Shown one piece after another: positions 1-8,057 of a stretch of DNA of 32,000 bases. The stretch lies in assembly GCA_029838215.1 (NCBI GenBank), contig JALGVI010000003.1, positions 53,350-85,349 on the forward strand. Direction: 5' to 3'. How positions within the stretch are numbered: position 1 is the first letter of the stretch; each line of letters opens with the position of its first letter. A model generated the notes under the pieces. The model searched no databases. It saw only the letters and a program-made list of their open reading frames with translations, and was not told where the DNA came from. The DNA is from Candidatus Helarchaeota archaeon. Its GTDB lineage: Archaea > Asgardarchaeota > Lokiarchaeia > Helarchaeales > RDOG01. A program made the translations under genes and the position numbers.

Positions 1-1140
1 ATAAAAGCAACTACGGACCCCGTCCTTGCTTCCAAGAGTTCGGATGTTAAGATGATCTTGATTCCGACCGTCACGGATGAGAATCACCAATTGGATTTAG
101 GACCGTTAAAAAGCGCATTGGAATCAATAGGAAAAGGTCTTTCAAAGGGAGATATCGTGATACTCGAAAGCACGGTGCCACCGGGAACGACCGAAAGTTT
201 CGTCAGGAATGAATTGGAATCGGTATCTGGCTTGAAAGCGGGAAGCGATTTTGGCTTATCTTTTAGTCCTGAAAGAGTTTCTTCCGGTCAGATCCTTAAA
301 AATTTAATTGAGGATTATCCTAAAATCGTAAGCGGAATCGATAAACGAACAACTGAAGCTGTTGCTGCATTTTATGCGGTTGTCGTGAAAAATAAAATCA
401 TTAAAGTATCGAATCTAAGGACTGCCGAAGCCATTAAAGTATTCAAGGGAATTTATCGGGATGTAAATATCGCTCTTGCCAATGAATTTGCGAAAATTGC
501 TGATGACCTTAATATCGACGTTATAGAAGTCATTCACGCCGCCAATACCGAACCATATAGCCACATACATCTTCCAGGAGCAGGTGTAGGGGGACATTGC
601 ATTCCCGTGTATCCTTATTTCATCATGAATTTAGCCGAACTTAAAGGAAAAACAATGCCGAAATTAACACGAATTGCTCGAGATATAAATGAATCAATGC
701 CTTTATACACGATTTCATTAGCTAAAGAGGCACTCAAGGCAATTAATAAAAATTATGAAACGTCCAAAATCTCGATTCTGGGATTAACATACAGGGGTGG
801 TATCAAAGAAACACGGAACGTTCCTGCTTTTGACATCATTGACCACTTGAAGGCGAATCAAATTGATTTCAAGGTATTTGATCCCGTCTTGACACCATCA
901 GAGAGCAAGATCATTTTTGACATTGACGCTGAAGAAACTTTGGAAGCGGCTTGCAAGGGGCGAGACGTGCTCATTTTTCTAACGGATCATGACGAATTTA
1001 AGAAAATTGACTTGAAATGGCTTGCTAATTTAATGAATTCGCCCGGAATCATTATTGACGGTCGACAAATTTTCGAACCGGTTAAAGTTCAGGAAGCGGG
1101 TCTGCGCTATAAGGGAATTGGACGAATTCAAAATCAATGA
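1..1140 (+). CDS. Nucleotide-sugar dehydrogenase (UDP-glucose/GDP-mannose/UDP-ManNAc dehydrogenase family), 5'-truncated by the window edge
   Basis: Frame 1 is open from base 1 (IKATTDPVLASKSSDVK precedes the listed Met), so the N-terminal Rossmann part lies outside the window. The family catalytic-Cys motif GAGVGGHCIPVYPYF is present. The C-terminal UDP-binding region (ILGLTYRGG..ETRN; DPV) is typical. Confidence 0.85.
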   Translation: MKATTDPVLASKSSDVKMILIPTVTDENHQLDLGPLKSALESIGKGLSKGDIVILESTVPPGTTESFVRNELESVSGLKAGSDFGLSFSPERVSSGQILKNLIEDYPKIVSGIDKRTTEAVAAFYAVVVKNKIIKVSNLRTAEAIKVFKGIYRDVNIALANEFAKIADDLNIDVIEVIHAANTEPYSHIHLPGAGVGGHCIPVYPYFIMNLAELKGKTMPKLTRIARDINESMPLYTISLAKEALKAINKNYETSKISILGLTYRGGIKETRNVPAFDIIDHLKANQIDFKVFDPVLTPSESKIIFDIDAEETLEAACKGRDVLIFLTDHDEFKKIDLKWLANLMNSPGIIIDGRQIFEPVKVQEAGLRYKGIGRIQNQ

Positions 1141-1175
1141 AACGGCAATTAAAATAAATTTTTATTTCGCCGTTT
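1140..1175 (+). terminator. Hairpin plus T-tract immediately after the dehydrogenase stop codon
   Basis: AAACGGC (1140-1146) is the exact reverse complement of GCCGTTT (1169-1175). An inner AAATAAA/TTTATTT pairing and a T5 run (1159-1163) lie between them. Archaeal termination commonly uses oligo-T tracts. Not validated. Confidence 0.3.
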
Positions 1176-1209
1176 ACAATTAATATGTATCGTAAACGGA
1201 GATAAATTG

Positions 1210-1518
1210 ATGAAAAACATCGCCTCTCGCATCCACAAAGAATTAGAAGCAGACATTGAGGAATTCATGAAAGAAAGAGGGTTGGATAAATCGTCGGCAA
1301 TTAGAATAATACTACAAATAGGAATAGCCGAGTGGAAAAAAAACAGGGCAATTGAGTTATATAAGATTAAAAGGATTACTTTATGGAAGGCTTCTCAAAT
1401 GGCTGGTCTTTCTCTCAGAGAAATAATCGAAGAATTAAATCGCCGAAAAATCCCGATAAACGTTACAACTCAGGAAATTATTGAAGACATAAAAGCTGCT
1501 AGTGAGGCAGAATCGTAA
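1210..1518 (+). CDS. UPF0175 (COG2886)-type antitoxin-like DNA-binding protein
   Basis: The C-terminal half (AIELYKIKRITLWKASQMAGLSLREIIEELNRRKIPI) matches the UPF0175 HTH pattern, and the N-terminus looks ribbon-helix-helix-like. GGAG lies 9 nt upstream of the ATG at 1210; the ORF track starts at TTG 1207. The 3' end abuts or overlaps the PIN-like gene. Confidence 0.6.
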   Translation: MKNIASRIHKELEADIEEFMKERGLDKSSAIRIILQIGIAEWKKNRAIELYKIKRITLWKASQMAGLSLREIIEELNRRKIPINVTTQEIIEDIKAASEAES

Positions 1519-2074
1519 GTTGCAAAAAGCGAAGAAATCTAAAAAATCATTTATATTAAATGCCACTCCTTTGATATTTCTTTCAAAAATTGGTTTTTCA
1601 AGCATTTTGAATGAATTCAAAGAAGAAAAGTTCACGACTCCGTTAGTTAAAGAAGAAGTCGTGACTAAAAGAAAGGAAATTGGTGTCCCGGATGCGGTTG
1701 TCATCGAAGCAATGATAAAAAATGGCATTTTGAAAGTTAGGACACCGACACAAAATGATTTCATCAATGTATTAAGGCAAGTTCCAGAGCTCCACGAAGC
1801 AGAAATTCAAGTTCTTGCTTTAACAAAAGAAATTAATGGGATAGCGATCTTAGATGATACAGTCGCCAGACAAGCTGCCATTGTATTCGAAATTGAAGTT
1901 CATGGAACTGCATATTTACTTTTAAGACAATATTTCATGGGTTTTTTATCAAAAAAGCAAACAATCACTGCATTAAACAAGATGATTTCTGTTGGATGGT
2001 GGATTTCAGCTGGTGAATATGTGAAAATATTAGAAGAACTCGATGACGATGAATATATTCATAAAAATTTATAA
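1502..2074 (+). CDS. PIN-like nuclease of the COG2405/DUF3368 family (putative toxin partner of UPF0175)
   Basis: FILNATPLIFLSKIGFSSIL...TPLVKEEV fits the DUF3368 N-terminal pattern (DssPLI.L..i..l.lL...iP..V..Ev). HEAEIQVLAL and ILDDTVARQAA supply the further acidic residues expected of a PIN-like fold. The start is ambiguous: GTG 1502 overlaps the antitoxin by 17 nt, and TTG 1520 lies 1 nt after its stop. Confidence 0.6.
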   Translation: MRQNRKLQKAKKSKKSFILNATPLIFLSKIGFSSILNEFKEEKFTTPLVKEEVVTKRKEIGVPDAVVIEAMIKNGILKVRTPTQNDFINVLRQVPELHEAEIQVLALTKEINGIAILDDTVARQAAIVFEIEVHGTAYLLLRQYFMGFLSKKQTITALNKMISVGWWISAGEYVKILEELDDDEYIHKNL

Positions 2075-2131
2075 ACTTGAGTCTTGAATTCAATTTAATT
2101 AATTCAAATAAAGCAAAAGAACTGATTTTTT

Positions 2132-3199
2132 ATGGTTAGAACCGGCGTTATATATGATGATTTATATCTAAACCACGAAACAGGTTCTCATGTTGAGAGT
2201 AAAGAGCGCTTGATTGAAACAAAGAAGTTGTTTGAAGAAAATAAAATCTTTCAAAAAGATGGAATTGTTCATGTCAAGCCCGATCCTGCACCATTAGACG
2301 TGATCAAGCTAGTTCATCACGATTATTATATCGAAAAAGTGAAGGATCGTTGTGAGGCTGGTGGAGGCTGGTTAGATGGCGATACAATCACGTCTCGAGA
2401 TTCCTATGAAACTGCATTGTTTGCAGTTGGTGGACTTACAAAAGCTGCGGACCTGATAATGTCAAAAGAAATTAATAATGCATTTGGGGCTGTGCGTCCT
2501 CCTGGGCATCATGCTGGGGAAGGTGCTGCACGAGGTTTTTGTCTCTTTAACAATGTCGCAATTCTCGCCCGATATTTACTCAAGAGATATGATGAAATCC
2601 AGAAGGTTCTCATCGTTGATCATGATGTTCATGCGGGGAATGGAACCTCGTATACTTTTTACAATCAGCCTGAAGTTCTCTTATTCAACTTGCATCAGCA
2701 TCCCCAGACTTTATATCCCGGGACGTGCTATTTAGACGAAATCGGAGAAGATAAAGGGAAAGGCTATAATGTCAACATGACAGTCATGCCTGGAACATCC
2801 GACATGGAATATATCAATCTAATTGAAGAATTGCTCATTCCTATTGCTTCTCAATTTGAACCTGATTTCGTGCTTGTTTCTGCAGGGTTTGATGCTCATC
2901 ACAGCGATCCTTTAGCAAGCGTTAATCTCACATTAAATGGATTTAAAGAAATTATCCAGCGCGTGAATGAAATTGCGAAAAAGCACTGTAACGGAAGACT
3001 GATGATCACGTTAGAAGGCGGCTATAATCTCAACGCGGTCTCGAAGGGCATTCTAACAGAAGTTTGTGTATTAAACGGTCTGTCTGATTTTGAGTTTGAT
3101 GACAAGAAAATCACGGCTTCTTCGCAAATTCAAAGTTATAATTTAAAACTAATTCAAGAGGCAAAAGATCTCTTTAAACCCTTTTGGACTTTCAAATAA
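2132..3199 (+). CDS. Histone-deacetylase-family Zn-dependent deacylase (class II HDAC / AcuC / acetylpolyamine amidohydrolase-like)
   Basis: Signature blocks are RPPGHHAGEGAARGFCLFNNVAI, DHDVHAGNGT, SAGFDAHHSDPLA and EGGYN. Confidence 0.85.
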   Translation: MVRTGVIYDDLYLNHETGSHVESKERLIETKKLFEENKIFQKDGIVHVKPDPAPLDVIKLVHHDYYIEKVKDRCEAGGGWLDGDTITSRDSYETALFAVGGLTKAADLIMSKEINNAFGAVRPPGHHAGEGAARGFCLFNNVAILARYLLKRYDEIQKVLIVDHDVHAGNGTSYTFYNQPEVLLFNLHQHPQTLYPGTCYLDEIGEDKGKGYNVNMTVMPGTSDMEYINLIEELLIPIASQFEPDFVLVSAGFDAHHSDPLASVNLTLNGFKEIIQRVNEIAKKHCNGRLMITLEGGYNLNAVSKGILTEVCVLNGLSDFEFDDKKITASSQIQSYNLKLIQEAKDLFKPFWTFK

Positions 3200-4361
3200 T
3201 ATCTTTCTTTCTTTTTTCAAACAATTGCCTAATTATTCTTTTGCTTTCAAATTGAAATGCTTTTAGAGTAGGTTTCGGGTCTGTCCACCACAAGTTCGAT
3301 TTTGTTTTCGGATTTAAACAATCAAGCAAGACATCCCAGATTGCTTTTGGATTGTCAATGACATGGATGGCTTCACCACTCAAAGGCCAATGATATCTTA
3401 AATTCACTCGATAGTCTTTTGAAAACGGTATATTTTTCCCCAAAGCATTATTGACTGCAAGCACGGGAAAATTGACTCCACTTGCTATTGCCAACTCCAA
3501 AGATCCCCAAAATTTGGCATTTATTTCCATTAAATAAAGTTGCTTGGTCTTGAAATCACGCTTGAATTCCACCATTGCGATCCCGTCCCATTGTAATGCA
3601 TCTAGGAGTTTTTTACCCGCTTCCATCAAATCTTCCTCATAGATGCTTTCTGCACAACAACTCGCGCCTCCTGATGCGGGAAATTCCCTAATCCTACGAT
3701 GCATGAAAATGCGCTTGCATTTTCCTTTCTGATACAAAGCAAAGAAACCACATCCCTGTCCACTGACATATTGCTGAATGAGTGGAAAATGCGTGTTAAA
3801 ACTCGGATCATTACCTATAGACTCTTCAAGACTCTTCAATAGGTGTTTTTTGGTCATTGCATAAATTGGCTTAGCTTTAAATAATTCATGCCTCCCTTTT
3901 ACCACGAGTGGAAATTTAAATTCATCCAAGTGATCCTTTACTTCTTCAATTGATTTTAAATCCCATGTTTTCGGCGCAGTAATGCCTTGTCTGATTGCGA
4001 GTGAAATCGTAGCAGATTTGTCAAAGCATTTTTCTAACTTGCTTAAAGAGGGAAATGGTAACCGTGCATGTTTTTCAATTTCTTTTTTGTATTCGGCAAG
4101 AAAATAAACCGACCGTCCGCCAATGGGTAAAATTACTTCATAATCTGATCGTTCAAGGAATTTAAGAAAATTTTTCAAGTAATTCTCATTGAAAAAGGAC
4201 TGATCATACGTGATTTTTGAAAAGAAACGTGAGAATCTCGTCAGGCTGTTTTTAAAACCAATGCCATCGACTTGGAACCCTGCTTTATTTAATGCACGTG
4301 CTGCTCCTAAAGCGTGCTTATAATTTGCATCCGTGATCAATACTTTTTTTCGTGTTGTCAT
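3192..4361 (-). CDS. ATP-grasp superfamily enzyme (COG3919-like), substrate unknown
   Basis: FPLVVKGRHE, LIQQYVSGQGCGFFALY and IAMVEFKRD..QLYLMEINAKFWGSLELAIASGVNFP form the ATP-grasp nucleotide-binding core pattern. The start lies 3 nt after the moaB stop. The 3' end overlaps the convergent HDAC gene by 8 nt. Confidence 0.7.
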   Translation of the reverse strand: MTTRKKVLITDANYKHALGAARALNKAGFQVDGIGFKNSLTRFSRFFSKITYDQSFFNENYLKNFLKFLERSDYEVILPIGGRSVYFLAEYKKEIEKHARLPFPSLSKLEKCFDKSATISLAIRQGITAPKTWDLKSIEEVKDHLDEFKFPLVVKGRHELFKAKPIYAMTKKHLLKSLEESIGNDPSFNTHFPLIQQYVSGQGCGFFALYQKGKCKRIFMHRRIREFPASGGASCCAESIYEEDLMEAGKKLLDALQWDGIAMVEFKRDFKTKQLYLMEINAKFWGSLELAIASGVNFPVLAVNNALGKNIPFSKDYRVNLRYHWPLSGEAIHVIDNPKAIWDVLLDCLNPKTKSNLWWTDPKPTLKAFQFESKRIIRQLFEKRKKDII

Positions 4362-4364
4362 TTT

Positions 4365-4883
4365 TTAACTCATCATTTTTAATAGATGGCCCGCTTCCTT
4401 GAGTATGATCTGTTCAAGAGCCAGCTTTACGGCATTTGGTGATCCCGGCAGGCAAAAAATTACCTTTCCCTTGTACGTGCCTGCAAGTGCCCTTGAAAGC
4501 ATGCTGGCAGTTCCAATTTCTTTATAGCTCAGGTAACGAAAGAGCTCTCCAAATCCATTAATTTCCTTCTCAAGAAATGGTCGAATGGATTCAATGGTAA
4601 CATCTCGCGGGTTAATTCCTGTTCCTCCTGAAAAAATTAGAATTTCTATCGTATTCATTAAGGGATTTTGAAGTATCTTTTTTATTTTTTCTTTTTCATC
4701 AGGAACAATTTCGAACCATGCAAGTTCTTGCTTATCTTCCTCCAGAATTTGCCGAACTTTTGGAATAGTTTCATCCGTAAGTTGTTTTCCCTGTTTCAAT
4801 TCAAGATAACGAGAGTCACTTACTATGACCAAGCCATATCTAATGGTCTTCTTCACATTCTTTTTATGTTTCAAGTGAACCAT
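4365..4883 (-). CDS. moaB: Molybdenum cofactor biosynthesis protein B (MoaB/MogA family)
   Basis: LVIVSDSR..., FSGGTGINPRDVT, FGELFR, ASMLSRALAG and FCLPGSPNAV are MoaB/MogA blocks. GGAG lies 9 nt upstream of the ATG. Confidence 0.85.
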   Translation of the reverse strand: MVHLKHKKNVKKTIRYGLVIVSDSRYLELKQGKQLTDETIPKVRQILEEDKQELAWFEIVPDEKEKIKKILQNPLMNTIEILIFSGGTGINPRDVTIESIRPFLEKEINGFGELFRYLSYKEIGTASMLSRALAGTYKGKVIFCLPGSPNAVKLALEQIILKEAGHLLKMMS

Positions 4884-4904
4884 TTCGTGCTACTCCGGTT
4901 CTTT

Positions 4905-5357
4905 TTAAAGATCCTGCTTGATTTTTTCAATAACCAAGATGTCCGAAATTTTGGTATTGGGATATTGTCCATTTTCGTCCTTTTCTAAATATTTTGTCAT
5001 GTCCCAAATCGTTAGGAGCGCGATCTCTACTCCCATGAGAGCCTCTAATTCAACTCCTGTCTTGGCAATTGCTTTTACTTCTACAAAAACATTGATGAAT
5101 TTCTCTTCAATTTCGAAAGAAACATCCACGCTCATGATTGGAATTGGATGTGCTAAAAAAATAAATGCAGGAGTCTGCTTAACTGCATTCACGGCAGCCA
5201 ATTCTGCATTCGCCAACACGTCCCCTTTTTTGATTTTATTTTCTTTTATGGTATTTATTGTCTCTTTCTCTAGAAATATTGTGCCTCTTGCCCGAGCCAC
5301 TCTTAAAATGTCTTTTTTTTCCGAAATATCAATCATTGAAGTCCGTGACGTGCGCAT
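4905..5357 (-). CDS. moaC: Cyclic pyranopterin monophosphate synthase MoaC
   Basis: [18 protein letters not shown]...[32 protein letters not shown]....[20 protein letters not shown] matches the MoaC pattern. Confidence 0.9.
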   Translation of the reverse strand: MRTSRTSMIDISEKKDILRVARARGTIFLEKETINTIKENKIKKGDVLANAELAAVNAVKQTPAFIFLAHPIPIMSVDVSFEIEEKFINVFVEVKAIAKTGVELEALMGVEIALLTIWDMTKYLEKDENGQYPNTKISDILVIEKIKQDL

Positions 5358-5398
5358 GTTTTCCGACCTTTTTTTTCAAATTCTGTTTCCAAAATACA

Positions 5399-5440
5399 TT
5401 TTTATAATATCTATTTCTTAATAAACCAAGTTAAATATAA
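5399..5440. promoter_or_regulatory. Divergent promoter region with TATA-like boxes for moaC (minus) and the JAMM gene (plus)
   Basis: The minus-strand TTATAAAAA (plus 5399-5407) lies about 42-50 nt upstream of the moaC ATG, with an AGGT SD-like element in between. The plus-strand TAAATATAA (5432-5440) lies just upstream of the candidate JAMM starts (TTG 5450, GTG 5483, GTG 5522). Sequence-only inference. Confidence 0.3.
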
Positions 5441-5449
5441 TGCTTCGAT

Positions 5450-7243
5450 TTGTCATGGATCTTTTCGGGGGTTCGAACCCAATTGCAGAAAGTGGCGACG
5501 CCGGAAGAAGATAAAGGAAAAGTGATTTTAAAAGTTGCAGCATATGCGAAAATAGTTCTTCATTGCTCTCGTTTTGCAAATGCAAAAATACCGAAGGGAA
5601 AATGGAAAGAAGTCTATGGATTTCTAGTTGGTACCATCAATGGCGATGATGTTATTGTCAATGATGCAGTTCCAATGACTCACGGTGGTTCTACTGAAGT
5701 AGAGTTTGAAGAAAAGCATTACATTGAAGCTGCCGAATTGGATGCACGATTAGCCGAAACCGGAAACGATTTTATAGTCGGTTGGTATCACAGTCATCCC
5801 GGATTAGACGTATTTTTCTCATGGATAGATGTTCGAAACCACATGGGATTTCAAGGACCTAATCCTAAAAGTATTGGACTCGTGTTTGATCATACGAAGC
5901 TATCCAATCCCGGCGACTTGGGGTTCGAAATATATCGAATCAAGGAAATATCTCCTGATTCGGGTTACTATGAAGTGAAGTGGGTAATTCCTGACATGAG
6001 CGAGGAAGTGTTTGCTAAGACTTTATTTAATCTTTCCACGCGCTCAACTGAACAAAAACCTTTAATTGAAGAATATGGTGAAGATGAAGCAATGGAACTT
6101 GTTCCGCTCACACCAGTTCAAACTAAAATAAGTCTGATCGAGCCATCGCAACAAATGGAACTTGCTCCTCAAACAAAAGAAACTGAAAAGGCAATTGAGA
6201 AGCTCGAAAAAGCTCTTGAATTCAGTAGGAATGAAAAATACGAAAAAGCCGTGGATCTAGCCATAAGTGCTGTACGGGATTTTGAAAAATTAAATGATAT
6301 CGGACGTGCTACTGACGCATATGTTCAGATAGGCGGTATTTTTCTAGATTATTATGAAAAAAACAAGCAAATTAGAACCGATATTTTCAGTCATAAGCGT
6401 GCTCCAACCATCTCTGATGCCGATTCAATGATCAATTTTGCCAAACTGCTTAACATCACGTCGAAACAGATTGACTTCAATAAAACTGGACTGGAAAATG
6501 AAATTAAAGGTGTTTCTGGAGAAATGGTCAGGGTTCTCGATGTCAGGATTCAAATTGCAAATATTTTAATTGAAGCATCATCTGTTTGCCAAATTTTATC
6601 CCGAAATGCGAGAGATAATCGCGATTTAGACGGACAGGTAACCTATCTTACAAAAGCGAACAATGCCTTGAGTACAGCACTCATATTTTTAAGGGCAGTT
6701 GAAGACCAAAAGGATCTCGTTGAAAGAATTTTTGATTTGGATAAATTAACGAGTGATATAAGCCAAGCGCAAGCACGCATCCAAGAGTTACACGGATTAA
6801 AACAATTCCTTAATGTTAAACACATCGAAGCGGCTAATTTGTTCGCTGGTGCAGCACGGATTGCTGAAGATGGCTCAAATGCAATCAAGACCGAAAAATT
6901 CCAAAAATTATTGCTCGCCTACTCTAAAACACTTCAAGGCAGAGCATATCACATGGTTGCTGAAAATGAAAAATACCTAAAAAGAAACATCTGTAAATCC
7001 GTCGGCTACTATCGATTGGCTCAAAATTTCTTTGAGGATGCAAGGACGCTATATCCTCCCTGGGCAAAGAGCGATATCGATAAAAACCAGGGCTTCTTTA
7101 ATGAAGTTGAACATCAAATTCAAATAGGATATAAAAAATGCCTTGAAAGTGGAAAAACTCCCATGGAATTTCCACTGTCAAAAGAGATTGAAATTCCTGG
7201 CAAGATTATTTTATCGCAACCGGAACCCTTATTCTTTCCCTAA
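5450..7243 (+). CDS. JAMM/MPN+ metalloprotease (Rpn11/CSN5-like catalytic domain) with a ~400-aa alpha-helical C-terminal extension
   Basis: The JAMM signature is complete: Glu in KEVYGFLVG, then GWYHSHPGLDVFFSWID, which is H-x-H-x7-S-x2-D (nt ~5789-5830). The remainder (from ~nt 6000) is helix-rich with TPR/MIT-like hairpins (AIEKLEKALEFSRNEKYEKAVDLAISAVRDFEKL). The start codon is uncertain because there is no in-frame ATG; candidates are TTG 5450 and GTG 5483/5522. Confidence 0.85.
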   Translation: MSWIFSGVRTQLQKVATPEEDKGKVILKVAAYAKIVLHCSRFANAKIPKGKWKEVYGFLVGTINGDDVIVNDAVPMTHGGSTEVEFEEKHYIEAAELDARLAETGNDFIVGWYHSHPGLDVFFSWIDVRNHMGFQGPNPKSIGLVFDHTKLSNPGDLGFEIYRIKEISPDSGYYEVKWVIPDMSEEVFAKTLFNLSTRSTEQKPLIEEYGEDEAMELVPLTPVQTKISLIEPSQQMELAPQTKETEKAIEKLEKALEFSRNEKYEKAVDLAISAVRDFEKLNDIGRATDAYVQIGGIFLDYYEKNKQIRTDIFSHKRAPTISDADSMINFAKLLNITSKQIDFNKTGLENEIKGVSGEMVRVLDVRIQIANILIEASSVCQILSRNARDNRDLDGQVTYLTKANNALSTALIFLRAVEDQKDLVERIFDLDKLTSDISQAQARIQELHGLKQFLNVKHIEAANLFAGAARIAEDGSNAIKTEKFQKLLLAYSKTLQGRAYHMVAENEKYLKRNICKSVGYYRLAQNFFEDARTLYPPWAKSDIDKNQGFFNEVEHQIQIGYKKCLESGKTPMEFPLSKEIEIPGKIILSQPEPLFFP

Positions 7244-7819
7244 AGGGAAATCGTATAACGTGGTGTAAATTGGACCTGCTCTTGTCAATTGACTTTTTTT
7301 TAATTGAAAGCTATTGACTTGCATGGTTCCGACTTCTTCAGAGTGTTTTTGATGCTCCATTAATTTCGTAATCAGGGCATTGCGATTCCGTCCGCTTCTT
7401 ACCCTTCCAATGGTTAAATGGGCTTGAAAACGCTTTTCTCTTTTTATCCCATACCGTGAAACCGTAGAATCTATTTGTTTCGAGAGATCCATGACTTCAT
7501 TTTTTCCTTTATCAATACCGATCCAAATTACCTTCGGAAATGCGGGTTTTGGAAAAGATCCAACACTTTTAAATTCTATTTCAAACGGTTTGATGGATAT
7601 TTTCTTTACATCTTCAATGATGTCCTGTAATACTCTTTCTTCGACATCCCCTAAAAATTTAAGAGTTATGTGAATGTTTTTGATTTCAACATATTTAACG
7701 TGGGCATTGGTTACTCGAAACTCCTCTTGGATTTTACCAATGTTTGACAATATGTTTTCATCAATAACTTCTATGGCAAAAAAACTTCTCAACAATACCA
7801 ATTTATCACGCTCTTCCAT
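7229..7819 (-). CDS. thpR: RNA 2',3'-cyclic phosphodiesterase / 2'-5' RNA ligase family (2H phosphoesterase, LigT/ThpR)
   Basis: Two H-x-T-x motifs sit at the expected spacing: HITLKFLG and HLTIGR. The length (196 aa) is typical. The 3' end overlaps the convergent JAMM gene by 15 nt. Confidence 0.8.
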   Translation of the reverse strand: MEERDKLVLLRSFFAIEVIDENILSNIGKIQEEFRVTNAHVKYVEIKNIHITLKFLGDVEERVLQDIIEDVKKISIKPFEIEFKSVGSFPKPAFPKVIWIGIDKGKNEVMDLSKQIDSTVSRYGIKREKRFQAHLTIGRVRSGRNRNALITKLMEHQKHSEEVGTMQVNSFQLKKSQLTRAGPIYTTLYDFPLGKE

Positions 7820-8057
7820 AATTTCGTTTTTGACTGATTTTTTTTATCTTTATCGTGCAGGATGCTTGTAAATTTTTGTTAACTCTTACTAAAATCATAT
7901 CTTGACGCAATGAAAATAAATTAAAATATCAAACTAGAGCTAGTTCTTAACAGAAATTCGCACATTAGGGATATAAAACTATATAATAAAATGGTATGAA
8001 GTTGATCCTCGAAGCAAAACACCAAACATCTAACACGAATGGACAGCAGGTTATTAT

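Noticed and set aside
2478-2735. The 85-aa plus-strand ORF in an alternative frame inside the HDAC-like gene
   Set aside because: It is fully nested out of frame within a CDS that carries all HDAC catalytic motifs, and nothing supports it independently.
4668-5421. Plus-strand ORFs (4668-4988 at 106 aa; 4918-5421 at 167 aa) antisense to moaB and moaC
   Set aside because: These are shadow ORFs of well-supported MoaB and MoaC genes, with hydrophobic low-complexity translations.
5467-5480. GGGGGTTCGAACCC, a tRNA T-arm-like sequence and 12-nt perfect palindrome (GGGTTCGAACCC)
   Set aside because: The flanks give no acceptor, D or anticodon stems on either strand; the stem is only 3 bp and the loop 6 nt. 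Several perfect 12-nt palindromes are expected by chance in 32 kb. It lies within or next to the uncertain 5' end of the JAMM ORF, so a regulatory role cannot be excluded but is unsupported.
7932-7945. Inverted repeat AACTAG-ag-CTAGTT in the ligT/AAA divergent intergenic region
   Set aside because: The arms are short (6 bp) and the region is AT-rich, so it is easily expected by chance. It has no second copy or partner regulator gene.
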